Source: an uncultured archaeon (GTDB taxonomy: Archaea > Nanohalarchaeota > Nanosalinia > Nanosalinales > Nanosalinaceae). From it: a stretch of DNA of 64,000 nt. Positions 8,111-17,002 of this stretch are shown in pieces. Both the position numbers and the translations under genes were made by a program. Positions within the stretch are counted from its first letter, which is position 1; the number at the start of each line of letters is the position of its first letter. The stretch covers positions 76,521 to 140,520 of the forward strand of contig CAYQYU010000001.1 of assembly GCA_964421955.1 (NCBI GenBank), in the 5' to 3' direction. Below the pieces are notes generated by a model. It saw only the letters and a list, made by a program, of their open reading frames with translations, was not told the DNA's origin and made no database searches.

Positions 8111-9976
8111 TCACCCAACTTCCTCTTCAAGTATAGGATCATAAACTTTGTCTTTGTGCGAGTAGTAGGGGTAGTAAACCTCTTTCACCGACGCTTCGGG
8201 GAGTTCCTTCTCGGCCTCCACCGCATCGATCTCGTAGTCGATGAGTTTGTCTGCTTCCACCTTTTCCTCCTGAATATCGATCTGGAAGACCGAATCCTCG
8301 ATATCCAGCGAGTCCTGTGTCACCCTTCCTTTCTGCCTGAGACTATCGATCAGCGAGGTGACCTTCGCAAGCCCCATACCTGTCCGGTCCACGAGCTCAC
8401 TCTTTGAAGCTCCCTGGCTCACAAGATCCAGAATTTCAGCCTCCTCACCTGAAACTTCTGGTTGCTCGGCCTTGATGTCACCCGAGGTGCCGTCAATGAG
8501 CACCTTCTTCTTGCCGTTATCCAGCAGGTAGAGAGGGTAATAAGCCACAGAGTACTTCTCTCCTGTCTCGGCCTCCCGCTGTCTCAACTCCGTTGTTGGC
8601 GGGAAGAGCTCTATATTCTCCTTTTCGACGTACTCCTGCGATGTCTGGGTCTCACCACCGTGCTTTGAACGGCGAGTTCTGACGTCAGTCATCACAGGAT
8701 ACTCGTTGCCGAGCACGAACGCAACGCCTGGTGGAAGCGACTTGATCATTGACTCTACTTCAGAGGTGACTCCTTCAAAAGACTTCGATATAGCACTGAG
8801 ATCGTTAGGATTCGTCACGCGTAGAATAAACTGGGTATTGCATTGTGAAAGCACGTTTTTGTCGATTCTCGCAGGCCTCTGGGACACTACACCGAGACCG
8901 AGGCCAAACTTCCGTCCCTCCGACGCAATCTTACGCAGAATCTTGTTGCTCAGCGCCTGTTCAAATCCCTTCTCCGGAGCAAAGTTGTGTGCCTCCTCGA
9001 TCACCATCAGGAACGGCGGTATCTCGTTCCGCTTCCTGAGATCGAACAAACGCTTCGCGAGCATGTACATGGTCATCTCCGCAGTCTCAGGTTCAACCGC
9101 CTTCAGGTTGACGATGGTGGCCTCGCCGGGTTCAACCATGTTCTCCAGATCGATCGGGTTCTCGCTCATCAGTCCGGACTCCTCTATCTGCTCCAGCGAG
9201 TTCAGGAGGTTCCACTTCGCAGTCGACTCCTCCTGGGACACCGCGTCCATGATGTCCATCAGGTTGTAGTCTTCGTCTTTTTCTCTGAGACGCTTCAGCG
9301 CGTTGTAGAGCACCCCCATCTGGGAGTTGGTCAGCGAGTCAGGGATGATATCCATAAGCTCCTTCTTCTCAAGGTTGACCGACGAGAACGAGATCGGCAG
9401 CGCATCAGAGTTAATATCCGTGTTCGGCGACAGCTCCGTCGCCTTGTATCCCTCGCCTTCCTCCGACTCAGGATTGGGGTGTCTCAGAGACGAGTATTCT
9501 CCATGCGGATCAATTATGAGCACAGGATAGTCTTCCTCGAGCAGCTCCTCGATGAGAACGCCCGTGAGATAGGATTTTCCGGCACCGGTCTGCGCGAGAA
9601 CCGCAAAGTGCTTGTAGAAGTCCTCCCCGTCCACCATGATATCTATATCCGGGTTGGTCTCTAGGTTGCCTATCTTCAGTCCGGCCTCGTTGAGGCCAAG
9701 TGTATCCGAAATTAGCTCTTGATCGGCACGGTAGACAATCGAGTCCGGTTCAATAACCCGGCGAGGCGCTTTTGTGAGACCCTTGTCGCGGTACCCGATG
9801 ATATTTGCGTTTGCGATTGTCTCACCGTCCGGGTGTTTGGTGACCTCTTCGACCTGGCCGAGGATCCAGGTTTCGTTGCTCTTCACGGAGATGAAGTCGA
9901 ACTTCTTTACCTCCTCTGTGGCACGAAATTCGAATGAAGAAGTGTCGACATCTCCCTGGATGGTTCCTAGCTGCAT
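8111..9976 (-). CDS. HerA-like / DUF87 P-loop ATPase with C-terminal wHTH-like extension
   Basis: 621 aa. N-terminal HAS-barrel-like region, Walker A (LAQTGAGKSY), IIDPHGEY, Walker B-like (LMVIEEAHNF) and VVSQRPARID. The C-terminal 150 aa contains EILDLVSQGASKSELVDRTGMGLAKVTSLIDSLRQKGRV. Confidence 0.75.
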   Translation of the reverse strand: MQLGTIQGDVDTSSFEFRATEEVKKFDFISVKSNETWILGQVEEVTKHPDGETIANANIIGYRDKGLTKAPRRVIEPDSIVYRADQELISDTLGLNEAGLKIGNLETNPDIDIMVDGEDFYKHFAVLAQTGAGKSYLTGVLIEELLEEDYPVLIIDPHGEYSSLRHPNPESEEGEGYKATELSPNTDINSDALPISFSSVNLEKKELMDIIPDSLTNSQMGVLYNALKRLREKDEDYNLMDIMDAVSQEESTAKWNLLNSLEQIEESGLMSENPIDLENMVEPGEATIVNLKAVEPETAEMTMYMLAKRLFDLRKRNEIPPFLMVIEEAHNFAPEKGFEQALSNKILRKIASEGRKFGLGLGVVSQRPARIDKNVLSQCNTQFILRVTNPNDLSAISKSFEGVTSEVESMIKSLPPGVAFVLGNEYPVMTDVRTRRSKHGGETQTSQEYVEKENIELFPPTTELRQREAETGEKYSVAYYPLYLLDNGKKKVLIDGTSGDIKAEQPEVSGEEAEILDLVSQGASKSELVDRTGMGLAKVTSLIDSLRQKGRVTQDSLDIEDSVFQIDIQEEKVEADKLIDYEIDAVEAEKELPEASVKEVYYPYYSHKDKVYDPILEEEVG

Positions 9977-10065
9977 CAGTAATTTTTGAGTCAGTTACTC
10001 AGATTCATAAATTCGTTGGCACTCCAGGGAACTGCTTTTAAGAGTCCGCTACCAGACGTTGATAC

Positions 10066-10506
10066 ATGAATCTCAAACTCTCCGAGAGCTTCCAGAAGGA
10101 CCTGATGTTCCTTGGAGGCATCCTGCTCTTCATCGTTCTGGCCGCGGGAGCCAGTAATCTCATGACCTCCGACGACCCGGTACGTGTCGGAATGGTCGAG
10201 ATCGAGACCTACTGTGCTGGTATTGACGCGGGAGTATGCCTCGGACTCGAGAGGAAGAAACACGTGACCTACAATTACGATAACTACGAGGATGCAGAAC
10301 CGGGTACGCCGAACTACTACAGGAAGGTCGAATCCGAGTTAATGGCCCGCGCCTACAACACCTGCTCGGAAGATGTTACAGGCATGGAGTGGGCCTCAGA
10401 GGTCGAGTACGACGGACAGACCGCGGAGGAATGGTTACAGAACGACAACATACAGCTTCTGCCGTGCGAGCAAACTTTCTACCGCAACCTGACAGCCAAT
10501 CCATAA
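10066..10506 (+). CDS. small membrane-anchored Cys-containing extracytoplasmic protein (paralog of 878..1252)
   Basis: 146 aa with an N-terminal TM (FLGGILLFIVLAAGA). Shares YCAGIDAGVCLGLE and MEWASEVEYDGQTAEEW...LLPC with 878..1252. Confidence 0.5.
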   Translation: MNLKLSESFQKDLMFLGGILLFIVLAAGASNLMTSDDPVRVGMVEIETYCAGIDAGVCLGLERKKHVTYNYDNYEDAEPGTPNYYRKVESELMARAYNTCSEDVTGMEWASEVEYDGQTAEEWLQNDNIQLLPCEQTFYRNLTANP

Positions 10507-10548
10507 ATTAAAAAGCTTTCCGCGAATCTAACGGTAAGGCGACCCAAA

Positions 10549-11046
10549 ATGCCAGAGGACTCAGATTACGTTGAGACGACTTTTGTAGCACTGAAGCCTG
10601 ATGCGGTTAAACGCGGAATAGTTGGTGAAATAGTATCCACAATAGAGAACGCGGGTTTCAAGATCTCCGGCATGAAGATGGTCCAGGCCACTGACCAGCT
10701 TCTTGAAAAGCACTACGAGGAGCACGTCGACAAGCCTTTCTACGACGGTCTCGCAGAATACATGCAGCAAGGACCAATAGTGGCACTCGCGATCGAGGGA
10801 GTCCACGCGGTCGAGAACATGAGGAAACTGGTTGGTGACACAAGCGCGAAGGACGCCGACCCATCAACGATCAGGGGTCGTTTCGCCCACATGTCGATGG
10901 AGCACGCAGATGAAGCCGGAAGGCACTACAAGAACATCATCCACGCAGCGGAAGACCTTGAAGCTGCGGAGCGAGAGCTTGAAATCTGGTTCTCGGACGA
11001 CGAGCTTCACGATTACAGGCACGCCCACGAGGAGGAGGTAAGATAA
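10549..11046 (+). CDS. ndk: nucleoside diphosphate kinase
   Basis: 165 aa. Motifs TFVALKPDAV, DKPFYDGL, TIRGRF and NIIHAAED (catalytic His context). Confidence 0.9.
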   Translation: MPEDSDYVETTFVALKPDAVKRGIVGEIVSTIENAGFKISGMKMVQATDQLLEKHYEEHVDKPFYDGLAEYMQQGPIVALAIEGVHAVENMRKLVGDTSAKDADPSTIRGRFAHMSMEHADEAGRHYKNIIHAAEDLEAAERELEIWFSDDELHDYRHAHEEEVR

Positions 11047-11258
11047 TGACAGAGAAACGGCTCTACAGGTCGGAGACCGATAGAATCCTCGGCGGAGTCT
11101 GTGGAGGTATAGCAGAGGTATACGATTTCGATCCCGCACTGGTCAGAATAATCGCGCTTCTGCTGATTTTCAGCGGGATTTCACCACTGGTCTACCTTAT
11201 TGCGTGGCTGATTATACCTACGGAGAGCAAGGTCAAGAGCCGAGGAAATGAAGAGTAG
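11046..11258 (+). CDS. PspC-domain membrane protein
   Basis: 70 aa. LYRSETDRILGGVCGGIAEVYDFDPALVRIIALLL followed by a TM. The ATG overlaps the ndk TAA (TAATG). Confidence 0.75.
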   Translation: MTEKRLYRSETDRILGGVCGGIAEVYDFDPALVRIIALLLIFSGISPLVYLIAWLIIPTESKVKSRGNEE

Positions 11259-11270
11259 TGATCTTCAGGG

Positions 11271-11399
11271 ATGGATGATATCGACGTAAAAAAGGCTGCA
11301 AAAATCGGGTTCGGTTTCGGAATAGGCTTTTTCGCAGCAGGTATTCTTGTATCGATAATCGGTTTCTTGCTCTACATCCCTGTAATGCTAGGCCTGTAA
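11271..11399 (+). CDS. possible 42-aa single-pass membrane peptide
   Basis: ATG..TAA ORF missed by the 60-aa cutoff: MDDIDVKKAAKIGFGFGIGFFAAGILVSIIGFLLYIPVMLGL. No other support. Confidence 0.25.
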   Translation: MDDIDVKKAAKIGFGFGIGFFAAGILVSIIGFLLYIPVMLGL

Positions 11400-11433
11400 A
11401 ACCGGTATAGGACTAAAATTGAACGCTGACGCA

Positions 11434-13083
11434 CTAATCCCTGACTAGATTCAGGAGTTTCTGCACATCGATCTCGAAGCCCGCAACCTTTCTGTCGAGC
11501 CCCCAGTTTTCCACCACACTGTTAGAGAACTCGCCTATGACTCCTACATGTTCCCCTTCGAACATGATATCTCCGGAGCGATCCTGGCGGAAACATTCTT
11601 TCCCGGAAGATTCAATCTCAAATTCGACTCCGAGTTCACGCCCCAGAACCTGTAAAACCTGCCGTACATCAGTGTAGCCCACTCCATTGTCCGAGTGAAC
11701 ATATGCTAGCTTCCTCTTGTTCGAAACACCTACCGCAGAGTTGTCGAGTTCGGAAACATCCGCGACCTCGAAGAACTTCTGCGGGTAGCTCCTGTGCCTA
11801 TTCCGGCCGAGCACCTCCATAAGCGACGGCAGTAGCCAGTTCCTCACAGCGGTATAATCCTCAGTTAGGGGGTTCGACATAGAGGCGATGTCTTCCTCCT
11901 CTAAGCCCATCTTTTCGAACAGCTTCTCCCTGTTTGAAAGGATGTAGGTATGAGCCTCCAGAGCCCCGGTTCCCTGGAAAATATCTCTCAACAGCCGTGT
12001 ATAATTCTCGACCGGTTTCTCGTTACCGATCTGGTCGGCCTCCGGCAGCTCTGGCTCTATATTATCGTATCCATGGGCTATCACCACGTCCTCTATAACA
12101 TCATACTGGTGCATCACATCGTTCCTGTAGGCGGGCACCTCAACAATGATCTTCCTCTTTTTCTTCTTCGCGCCGAACTTCATCCTCTCCAGCCGCTCGA
12201 CAATCTCCTTCCCGTCGAGTTCAAGTCCGGAGACCTTCTGGAAGTACTCGATATCAAGCTCCCGCTCCTCCGGTTCGAGATCCGGCATTACAGTGCCGTC
12301 GACACCCACTGCCTCTATCTTTCCTCCTCTCTCCGCCAGCGCAGTCGCAAGGATATTCAGGGCCTTCATAACTGTTTCACGATCCTTTCCTGTAACATCG
12401 ATGAAGATGTCCTGGGTTCCTGCAGAAACTTCTGTGAGCTGGTTGTTAATGATAGGCGGGAATGAGAGTACACGGTCTTCCGCATCCACAATTATAGGGT
12501 AGCGGTCCTCGTCCTCCAGTATCCAGGCGTACTCCTGTCCTTTCTCGTGCTCTTCGAGAATCTCCCCGAGCTGCATCTCTCTGTCATACTCAAGCGGTTT
12601 GAAAGATACTTTCTCGGGTTCGACCGCCCTGTATGTGAAAGGAGGCTCAACAGCGTCAAGGTCATGGAGGCCGATAGCGAGCTTGTCACGCCTTCTACCC
12701 ATCGATTCATGGAGCTTCTCCTGTAGCTGTATCAGTCCGTTGATCATCCTCTCTGAAAGCTCCAGATCACGGACAACCGCACCGCCGATGTAAGGTCTTA
12801 CGTCTTCAACCGAATCTTCAATCCTGATCTCCGTGCTGCCGTCCCGGATCCTGTATTCGTCCAGACCCTGCTCCAGCCCGAAGAATCCTCGATACGCGCG
12901 GGCAAGACCCTCCACTGACAGAAGGTCGGGACGGTTAGGATAGACCTCCACGTCCCACTTTTCGCCTTCTACGTGGTTCCAGTGCGCGCCCAGGAAAGAC
13001 GCCTTTTCGTGGAGAAGCCGCTCATCAACCTCATTCTCCATTAGACTGTCGAACTCCTTCTTGTTTATTTTGATATGTGAAAT
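11434..13083 (-). CDS. pheT: phenylalanine--tRNA ligase beta subunit; probable ATT start at 13083
   Basis: Archaeal PheT homology along the whole ORF (NRPDLLSVEGLARAYRGFFG and others). The first ATG is 13041, but the conserved N-terminus (I)SHIKINKKEFDSL is encoded upstream in frame. ATT 13083..13081 lies 6 nt behind GGAGGTGA. Confidence 0.9.
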   Translation of the reverse strand: MSHIKINKKEFDSLMENEVDERLLHEKASFLGAHWNHVEGEKWDVEVYPNRPDLLSVEGLARAYRGFFGLEQGLDEYRIRDGSTEIRIEDSVEDVRPYIGGAVVRDLELSERMINGLIQLQEKLHESMGRRRDKLAIGLHDLDAVEPPFTYRAVEPEKVSFKPLEYDREMQLGEILEEHEKGQEYAWILEDEDRYPIIVDAEDRVLSFPPIINNQLTEVSAGTQDIFIDVTGKDRETVMKALNILATALAERGGKIEAVGVDGTVMPDLEPEERELDIEYFQKVSGLELDGKEIVERLERMKFGAKKKKRKIIVEVPAYRNDVMHQYDVIEDVVIAHGYDNIEPELPEADQIGNEKPVENYTRLLRDIFQGTGALEAHTYILSNREKLFEKMGLEEEDIASMSNPLTEDYTAVRNWLLPSLMEVLGRNRHRSYPQKFFEVADVSELDNSAVGVSNKRKLAYVHSDNGVGYTDVRQVLQVLGRELGVEFEIESSGKECFRQDRSGDIMFEGEHVGVIGEFSNSVVENWGLDRKVAGFEIDVQKLLNLVRD

Positions 13084-14489
13084 TACGCATCACCTCCCGT
13101 CTTGTCCGGCCTCCATGCTGGCGTCTGTTCAAGTATTTCGATGTCGTTCCTGTAGAGTTCACGGATATCTTCAAGTCCTGCAGACTTCATCGCTATTCTC
13201 GGTATCCCTAGGCCCCAGGCGAGAACCGTAGCCTCGAATCCCAGCATCGGTTTCACCACTTCCGGCCGGAACATTCCCGCGCCGCCGAGCCCCACCCATT
13301 CCTGGTCTTTCTCATCCCACACATGCACCTCGACACTCATCTCGGTGTAGGGGAAGTAGCTCGGGACTAAACGGAACTCCTCGAACCCCATTTTGCTGAA
13401 GAACTCGCTGATGTAACCCTTCAGGTTCGTGAACGACAGGTCTTTCCCGACGACTATGCCGTCGGTCTGGTAGAACTCTGCGAGATGGAAGCGGTCGACT
13501 GTCTCGTTCCGGAAGTTCCTGGATACTGTAAAGAACTTCTTCGGCAGCTCCTCTTCATTTACATCGATCTCATGTATCCTCTGTATAGAGACCGCAGTAG
13601 TATGTGTCCTAAGAACATTCTTCTTTGCCTCCTCCAGCGACCAGTCGTATCCCCAGCCTCTTGAGCCTGTTTCCCAGCCGTTTTCATGCGTCTGCTTCAC
13701 GTGATCGACCTTGTCTCCATAGCTTGAAAGGTCCGCTTCCGCAGGATCTTCCATGAAGAATGTGTCATGCATCTCCCTTGCAGGGTGGTCCTGGGGGGTA
13801 TAGAGCGCGTCGAAGTTCAGGAAGCTCGATACTATGAAGTCGCCAGACATCTCCTGGAAGCCCATTTCCAGCCACTTCATCCTTGCCTGATCTATTATGT
13901 CCTTGTAGAAATGTTTCTTGCCGATACGCGGGGTCTTCACCGATGCCTCGACATTAAAGTCCTCGTCGATTTCGCCCAGTTCTACCGACTCACCCTCCGC
14001 AGTGATCTCGATGACTCTCTCCGTTTTTTCCCGGGTTCTTACCAGCCCGCGTTCTTCAAGGTCGGTATCGTAGTTCCGGGACTCCAGCTTCTGCCGGACA
14101 GGATCGCTGTCAAGATTCTCCCTGCCTTTCCTGGTGAGCGATGCCTCGCCGTCCTCGAGCCTCACCCACGATTTTTCTCTCGCTTTCCCTAAAGCTACGT
14201 CGAGATCAAGGTCTTGGAGATCAGAAAGTTCTCTGGATTCATCTTCGAGCCTCTGCACCAGCTGGTATTCCGGGGAACCGTGCTCCAGAACATCTCTGCC
14301 CGCGTCGGTAAGTTCGTGCGTTAGTTCATCCTCTTCCTGTATCTTCGCGAGCCCTTTCTCTTCAAGTTCCAGCCCGGCCCTGTGAACCATCGACTGGTCG
14401 TATCCCTCTTTCTCGAGATCCTCAATCTTCAGGGAACTCTTCTGCTTGAGCTCCTCCAGAATCTGGATTGCCTGGCTTGAAAGCTTCAC
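13083..14489 (-). CDS. pheS: phenylalanine--tRNA ligase alpha subunit
   Basis: 468 aa with class II aaRS motifs (HPAREMHDTFF, FRNE, GLGIPRIAM). GTG start with a TATA-like TTATTAAAG about 25 nt upstream. Confidence 0.9.
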   Translation of the reverse strand: MKLSSQAIQILEELKQKSSLKIEDLEKEGYDQSMVHRAGLELEEKGLAKIQEEDELTHELTDAGRDVLEHGSPEYQLVQRLEDESRELSDLQDLDLDVALGKAREKSWVRLEDGEASLTRKGRENLDSDPVRQKLESRNYDTDLEERGLVRTREKTERVIEITAEGESVELGEIDEDFNVEASVKTPRIGKKHFYKDIIDQARMKWLEMGFQEMSGDFIVSSFLNFDALYTPQDHPAREMHDTFFMEDPAEADLSSYGDKVDHVKQTHENGWETGSRGWGYDWSLEEAKKNVLRTHTTAVSIQRIHEIDVNEEELPKKFFTVSRNFRNETVDRFHLAEFYQTDGIVVGKDLSFTNLKGYISEFFSKMGFEEFRLVPSYFPYTEMSVEVHVWDEKDQEWVGLGGAGMFRPEVVKPMLGFEATVLAWGLGIPRIAMKSAGLEDIRELYRNDIEILEQTPAWRPDKTGGDA

Positions 14490-14520
14490 GTCTGGAGTAA
14501 AACAGTGAATTCTTTAATAA

Positions 14521-15216
14521 TTACGCAGTCTCAAGTACTGCGGCAGCCACTATCAGCACAACTCCCAGTGCAACCAGTTTCAGCAGGTCGAGCCATGTAT
14601 CCTTCTCGAAATGTTCCCTGTACATCGCGGCAGACATCATCGTGCCCGCGATCCCGGCAATGATAAATCCCAGCATCTCCAGCGATGCGTGTGGAACGTA
14701 CGCGAGCGGTAGCACCGGGGTCTGCTGGAAGATATCCGCGAGAAATACTCCGAGAACCGAGGCGTTCCAGGTCAGTATGAAAGATCCCGCGGAACCAACT
14801 ACAACTGCTACCGTAAGTATCCCGAGGAAAACTATGATGTTGTTCAGGAATATCGAGCCGAAGGAAACAGGGTTTACAGCGTTACCGGTCGCGCCTATTA
14901 TCTGGTTCTGTAGCTGGAAAACGTCGCTGAAATAGAGAGCCATTATGAAGAATGCGACGACCTCTCCAAGGAAAACCGATCCGTAAACCATGATCTCAGG
15001 TATGTGAGGTGCGGAGTTGTTTTCGCGTTCCAGGAAGTAACTTGTAAGAGGATAGATCAGCGGTATTGCGGCGAACATGACCCCGACTATGTCGGCCTCC
15101 GAGGGGAAAAGCCACCTCGCGGCCGCAAAGCCCGCGAGTCCGGAGAGAAGGCCTAGACCCACGAGAAGGGCAAAGTTCTCCTCTTCCTCCTCTCTCAGTA
15201 TAAGCTCCGGGAGCAT
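14521..15216 (-). CDS. SpoIIM/DUF95-like integral membrane protein
   Basis: About 6 TM segments with DUF95-like topology. ATG 15216 lies about 27 nt downstream of a TATA-like GCTTTAAAC. The tracked ORF extends to a TTG at 15255. Confidence 0.55.
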   Translation of the reverse strand: MLPELILREEEEENFALLVGLGLLSGLAGFAAARWLFPSEADIVGVMFAAIPLIYPLTSYFLERENNSAPHIPEIMVYGSVFLGEVVAFFIMALYFSDVFQLQNQIIGATGNAVNPVSFGSIFLNNIIVFLGILTVAVVVGSAGSFILTWNASVLGVFLADIFQQTPVLPLAYVPHASLEMLGFIIAGIAGTMMSAAMYREHFEKDTWLDLLKLVALGVVLIVAAAVLETA

Positions 15217-15282
15217 GTCAAGGGCTTGACATTGCCAGTTTAAAGCATTTATCAAACAGGCAAGAACACCCTCCCTGAGGAC

Positions 15283-15597
15283 TCAGTCCAGGTTCTCCCA
15301 GTCCTGGAGCCAGTGTTCTACACGCTCTCTTTCACCGTTCCGAGCCCCGGTCAGGTCACAGTAGTAGTCGACCAGCGCTTCCTCCTCTGCAGGGTCCACA
15401 GTTGCGCCGCTGGGACGGTAAAGACGTGCCGTGCTCACGTCCTCCAGGATAACTATTGCACCCGTTTCACCAGCCCAGTGGATCTTGGAACCGGGCTCAA
15501 CCGGCCTATAGTCCGGGTTCTCAAGCTCTGTTAGTTCTCCAGGAGCCTCTGCATCCGGATTCTCGAGATAACCCTCAAGACAGCGGTATCCATTCAT
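15283..15597 (-). CDS. acidic hypothetical protein
   Basis: 104-aa ORF preceded by GGAGGTGA plus a 6-nt spacer plus ATG. No recognised domain. Confidence 0.45.
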   Translation of the reverse strand: MNGYRCLEGYLENPDAEAPGELTELENPDYRPVEPGSKIHWAGETGAIVILEDVSTARLYRPSGATVDPAEEEALVDYYCDLTGARNGERERVEHWLQDWENLD

Positions 15598-15877
15598 TGA
15601 TTCTCACCTCCTTTCTTACCTCTAAAGGTTTTAAACCAGTCGGAAACAGAAGATAGGCATTAGTCACTTGGGAGCCCACATCGGAGCTCCCTGGATAAAT
15701 TGGCGGTTGACCACCCTGTCTGAAAATCTGAATACACGTACGCGAGACGTGCTAAGAGCCGTCCCGGCACCAGCCGGGATTACCAGGCAAATTGGCGGTA
15801 AAACCCTTCGGCAATTTTAGCTCTCATACTAGGATTCTGGAGCAACTCAGGCTTAAAAAAGGTTCGGAACTCTGGTC

Positions 15878-16972
15878 TCAAATGTCGTTCTCCTCAACGT
15901 ACTGTTCGACCTTTTCCCGGGCATCTTTTCTCTTCTGCTGGTGCTCGACAAGGAACTCTTCTATGCGGTCCTTCGCTATCTGTTTGAGTTCCCCGGAAAG
16001 CATCTCGCCGGACTTGTATTCCTGCTTGATGCGTCCCAGTTCATCATCGTCCCGGATCAGGTGGAACGCGAGCAGCTCGAAAACCATGTCCTCTTCAATC
16101 TTCGCACCCTTCTCTCTGTGCTCCTCCAGAGTATCGCGGCCGCCAGTCTTGGCCTCGTCTATCTTTTTCTTCGCCGCCTCGACCGAGTCAGTCAGTGCGA
16201 TGTACGACTTCGGATTGCTCGAAGACATCTTCCCACCCTGTAGTCCGCGCATGAACTTGTTGTAGGTCGACGCGGGCTTGTAGAAGTCGAGGTCGCGGAA
16301 CTTTCTAGCGACCTCACGGGTCAGTCTTATGTGAGGATCCTGGTCGACACCTACAGGAACCACTGTCGGTTTCTTGCCTCCTTTCTCCGGGAACTGCGGC
16401 CTCAGAATATCGGCGTACTGGGTCAGCGCAGACGCAATCTTTCCAGGCTCCGCGCTTCCATAGGTTGCCTCAACTTCGTTCTGGGTTAAATAGCGGGAGA
16501 ACATTTTGCTCCTCACAAGGTGGTCGTTACCCGCCTTTGACTGGAAGTAGAAGTCCATTTTGTCAAGATCTATTCCCAGCGCTATGTAGTTCGTTAAGTA
16601 CTCCTTTATCGCGGTCTCTCTGGCATCCTCGAGAGGTATTTCCCTTGTAGCGTATGACTCTATATCCGCGACGGTTAAGGTCAGGCGGGCGCCCATGTCC
16701 TGGTACATCTTCATCTGGTCGACCACAATTTTGTGACCGAAATGGGCGTCTCCCGACGGCATTATACCTGTTATAGCCGCCACTTCTTCTCCGTCTTCCC
16801 TGGAATCGAGAAATTCTTTCATGCCGCGGTGGCCGAAGATTATGCCTCTGGTTATGTACCGGTGGTCAGGCATCCTGTCCGCGATCTCATCTATAGGCGA
16901 GATACCGAACTCTTCCATCTTCTGCTTATAGTCTCCAAGTTCAACGTCTCCCCATGGGTCTATCTCTGGCAT
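15878..16972 (-). CDS. trpS: tryptophan--tRNA ligase
   Basis: 364 aa, class I aaRS. HIGH-like SGDAHFGH, KMSSS, and archaeal/eukaryotic TrpRS-like segments (ITRGIIFGHRG, GGRDTLEEHREKG, LSGELK). Confidence 0.85.
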   Translation of the reverse strand: MPEIDPWGDVELGDYKQKMEEFGISPIDEIADRMPDHRYITRGIIFGHRGMKEFLDSREDGEEVAAITGIMPSGDAHFGHKIVVDQMKMYQDMGARLTLTVADIESYATREIPLEDARETAIKEYLTNYIALGIDLDKMDFYFQSKAGNDHLVRSKMFSRYLTQNEVEATYGSAEPGKIASALTQYADILRPQFPEKGGKKPTVVPVGVDQDPHIRLTREVARKFRDLDFYKPASTYNKFMRGLQGGKMSSSNPKSYIALTDSVEAAKKKIDEAKTGGRDTLEEHREKGAKIEEDMVFELLAFHLIRDDDELGRIKQEYKSGEMLSGELKQIAKDRIEEFLVEHQQKRKDAREKVEQYVEENDI

Positions 16973-17002
16973 ATGTAGGTAAGCGGCTAGAAGAATTTTA
17001 AA

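Noticed and set aside
8706-9664. Two long plus-strand ORFs (187 and 225 aa) inside the HerA-like gene.
   Set aside because: They are antisense to an ORF with clear P-loop ATPase motifs. The sequences are Arg/Ser/Leu-rich nonsense-like, and no promoter or SD is present.
15598-15877. SRP (7S) RNA or RNase P RNA in the trpS-downstream spacer, and likewise in 49521..49731.
   Set aside because: I could not find the conserved helix-8 or Alu-domain motifs of SRP RNA, or the CR-I/CR-IV/CR-V motifs of RNase P RNA. The regions are also short. They are kept only as generic ncRNA or leader candidates.
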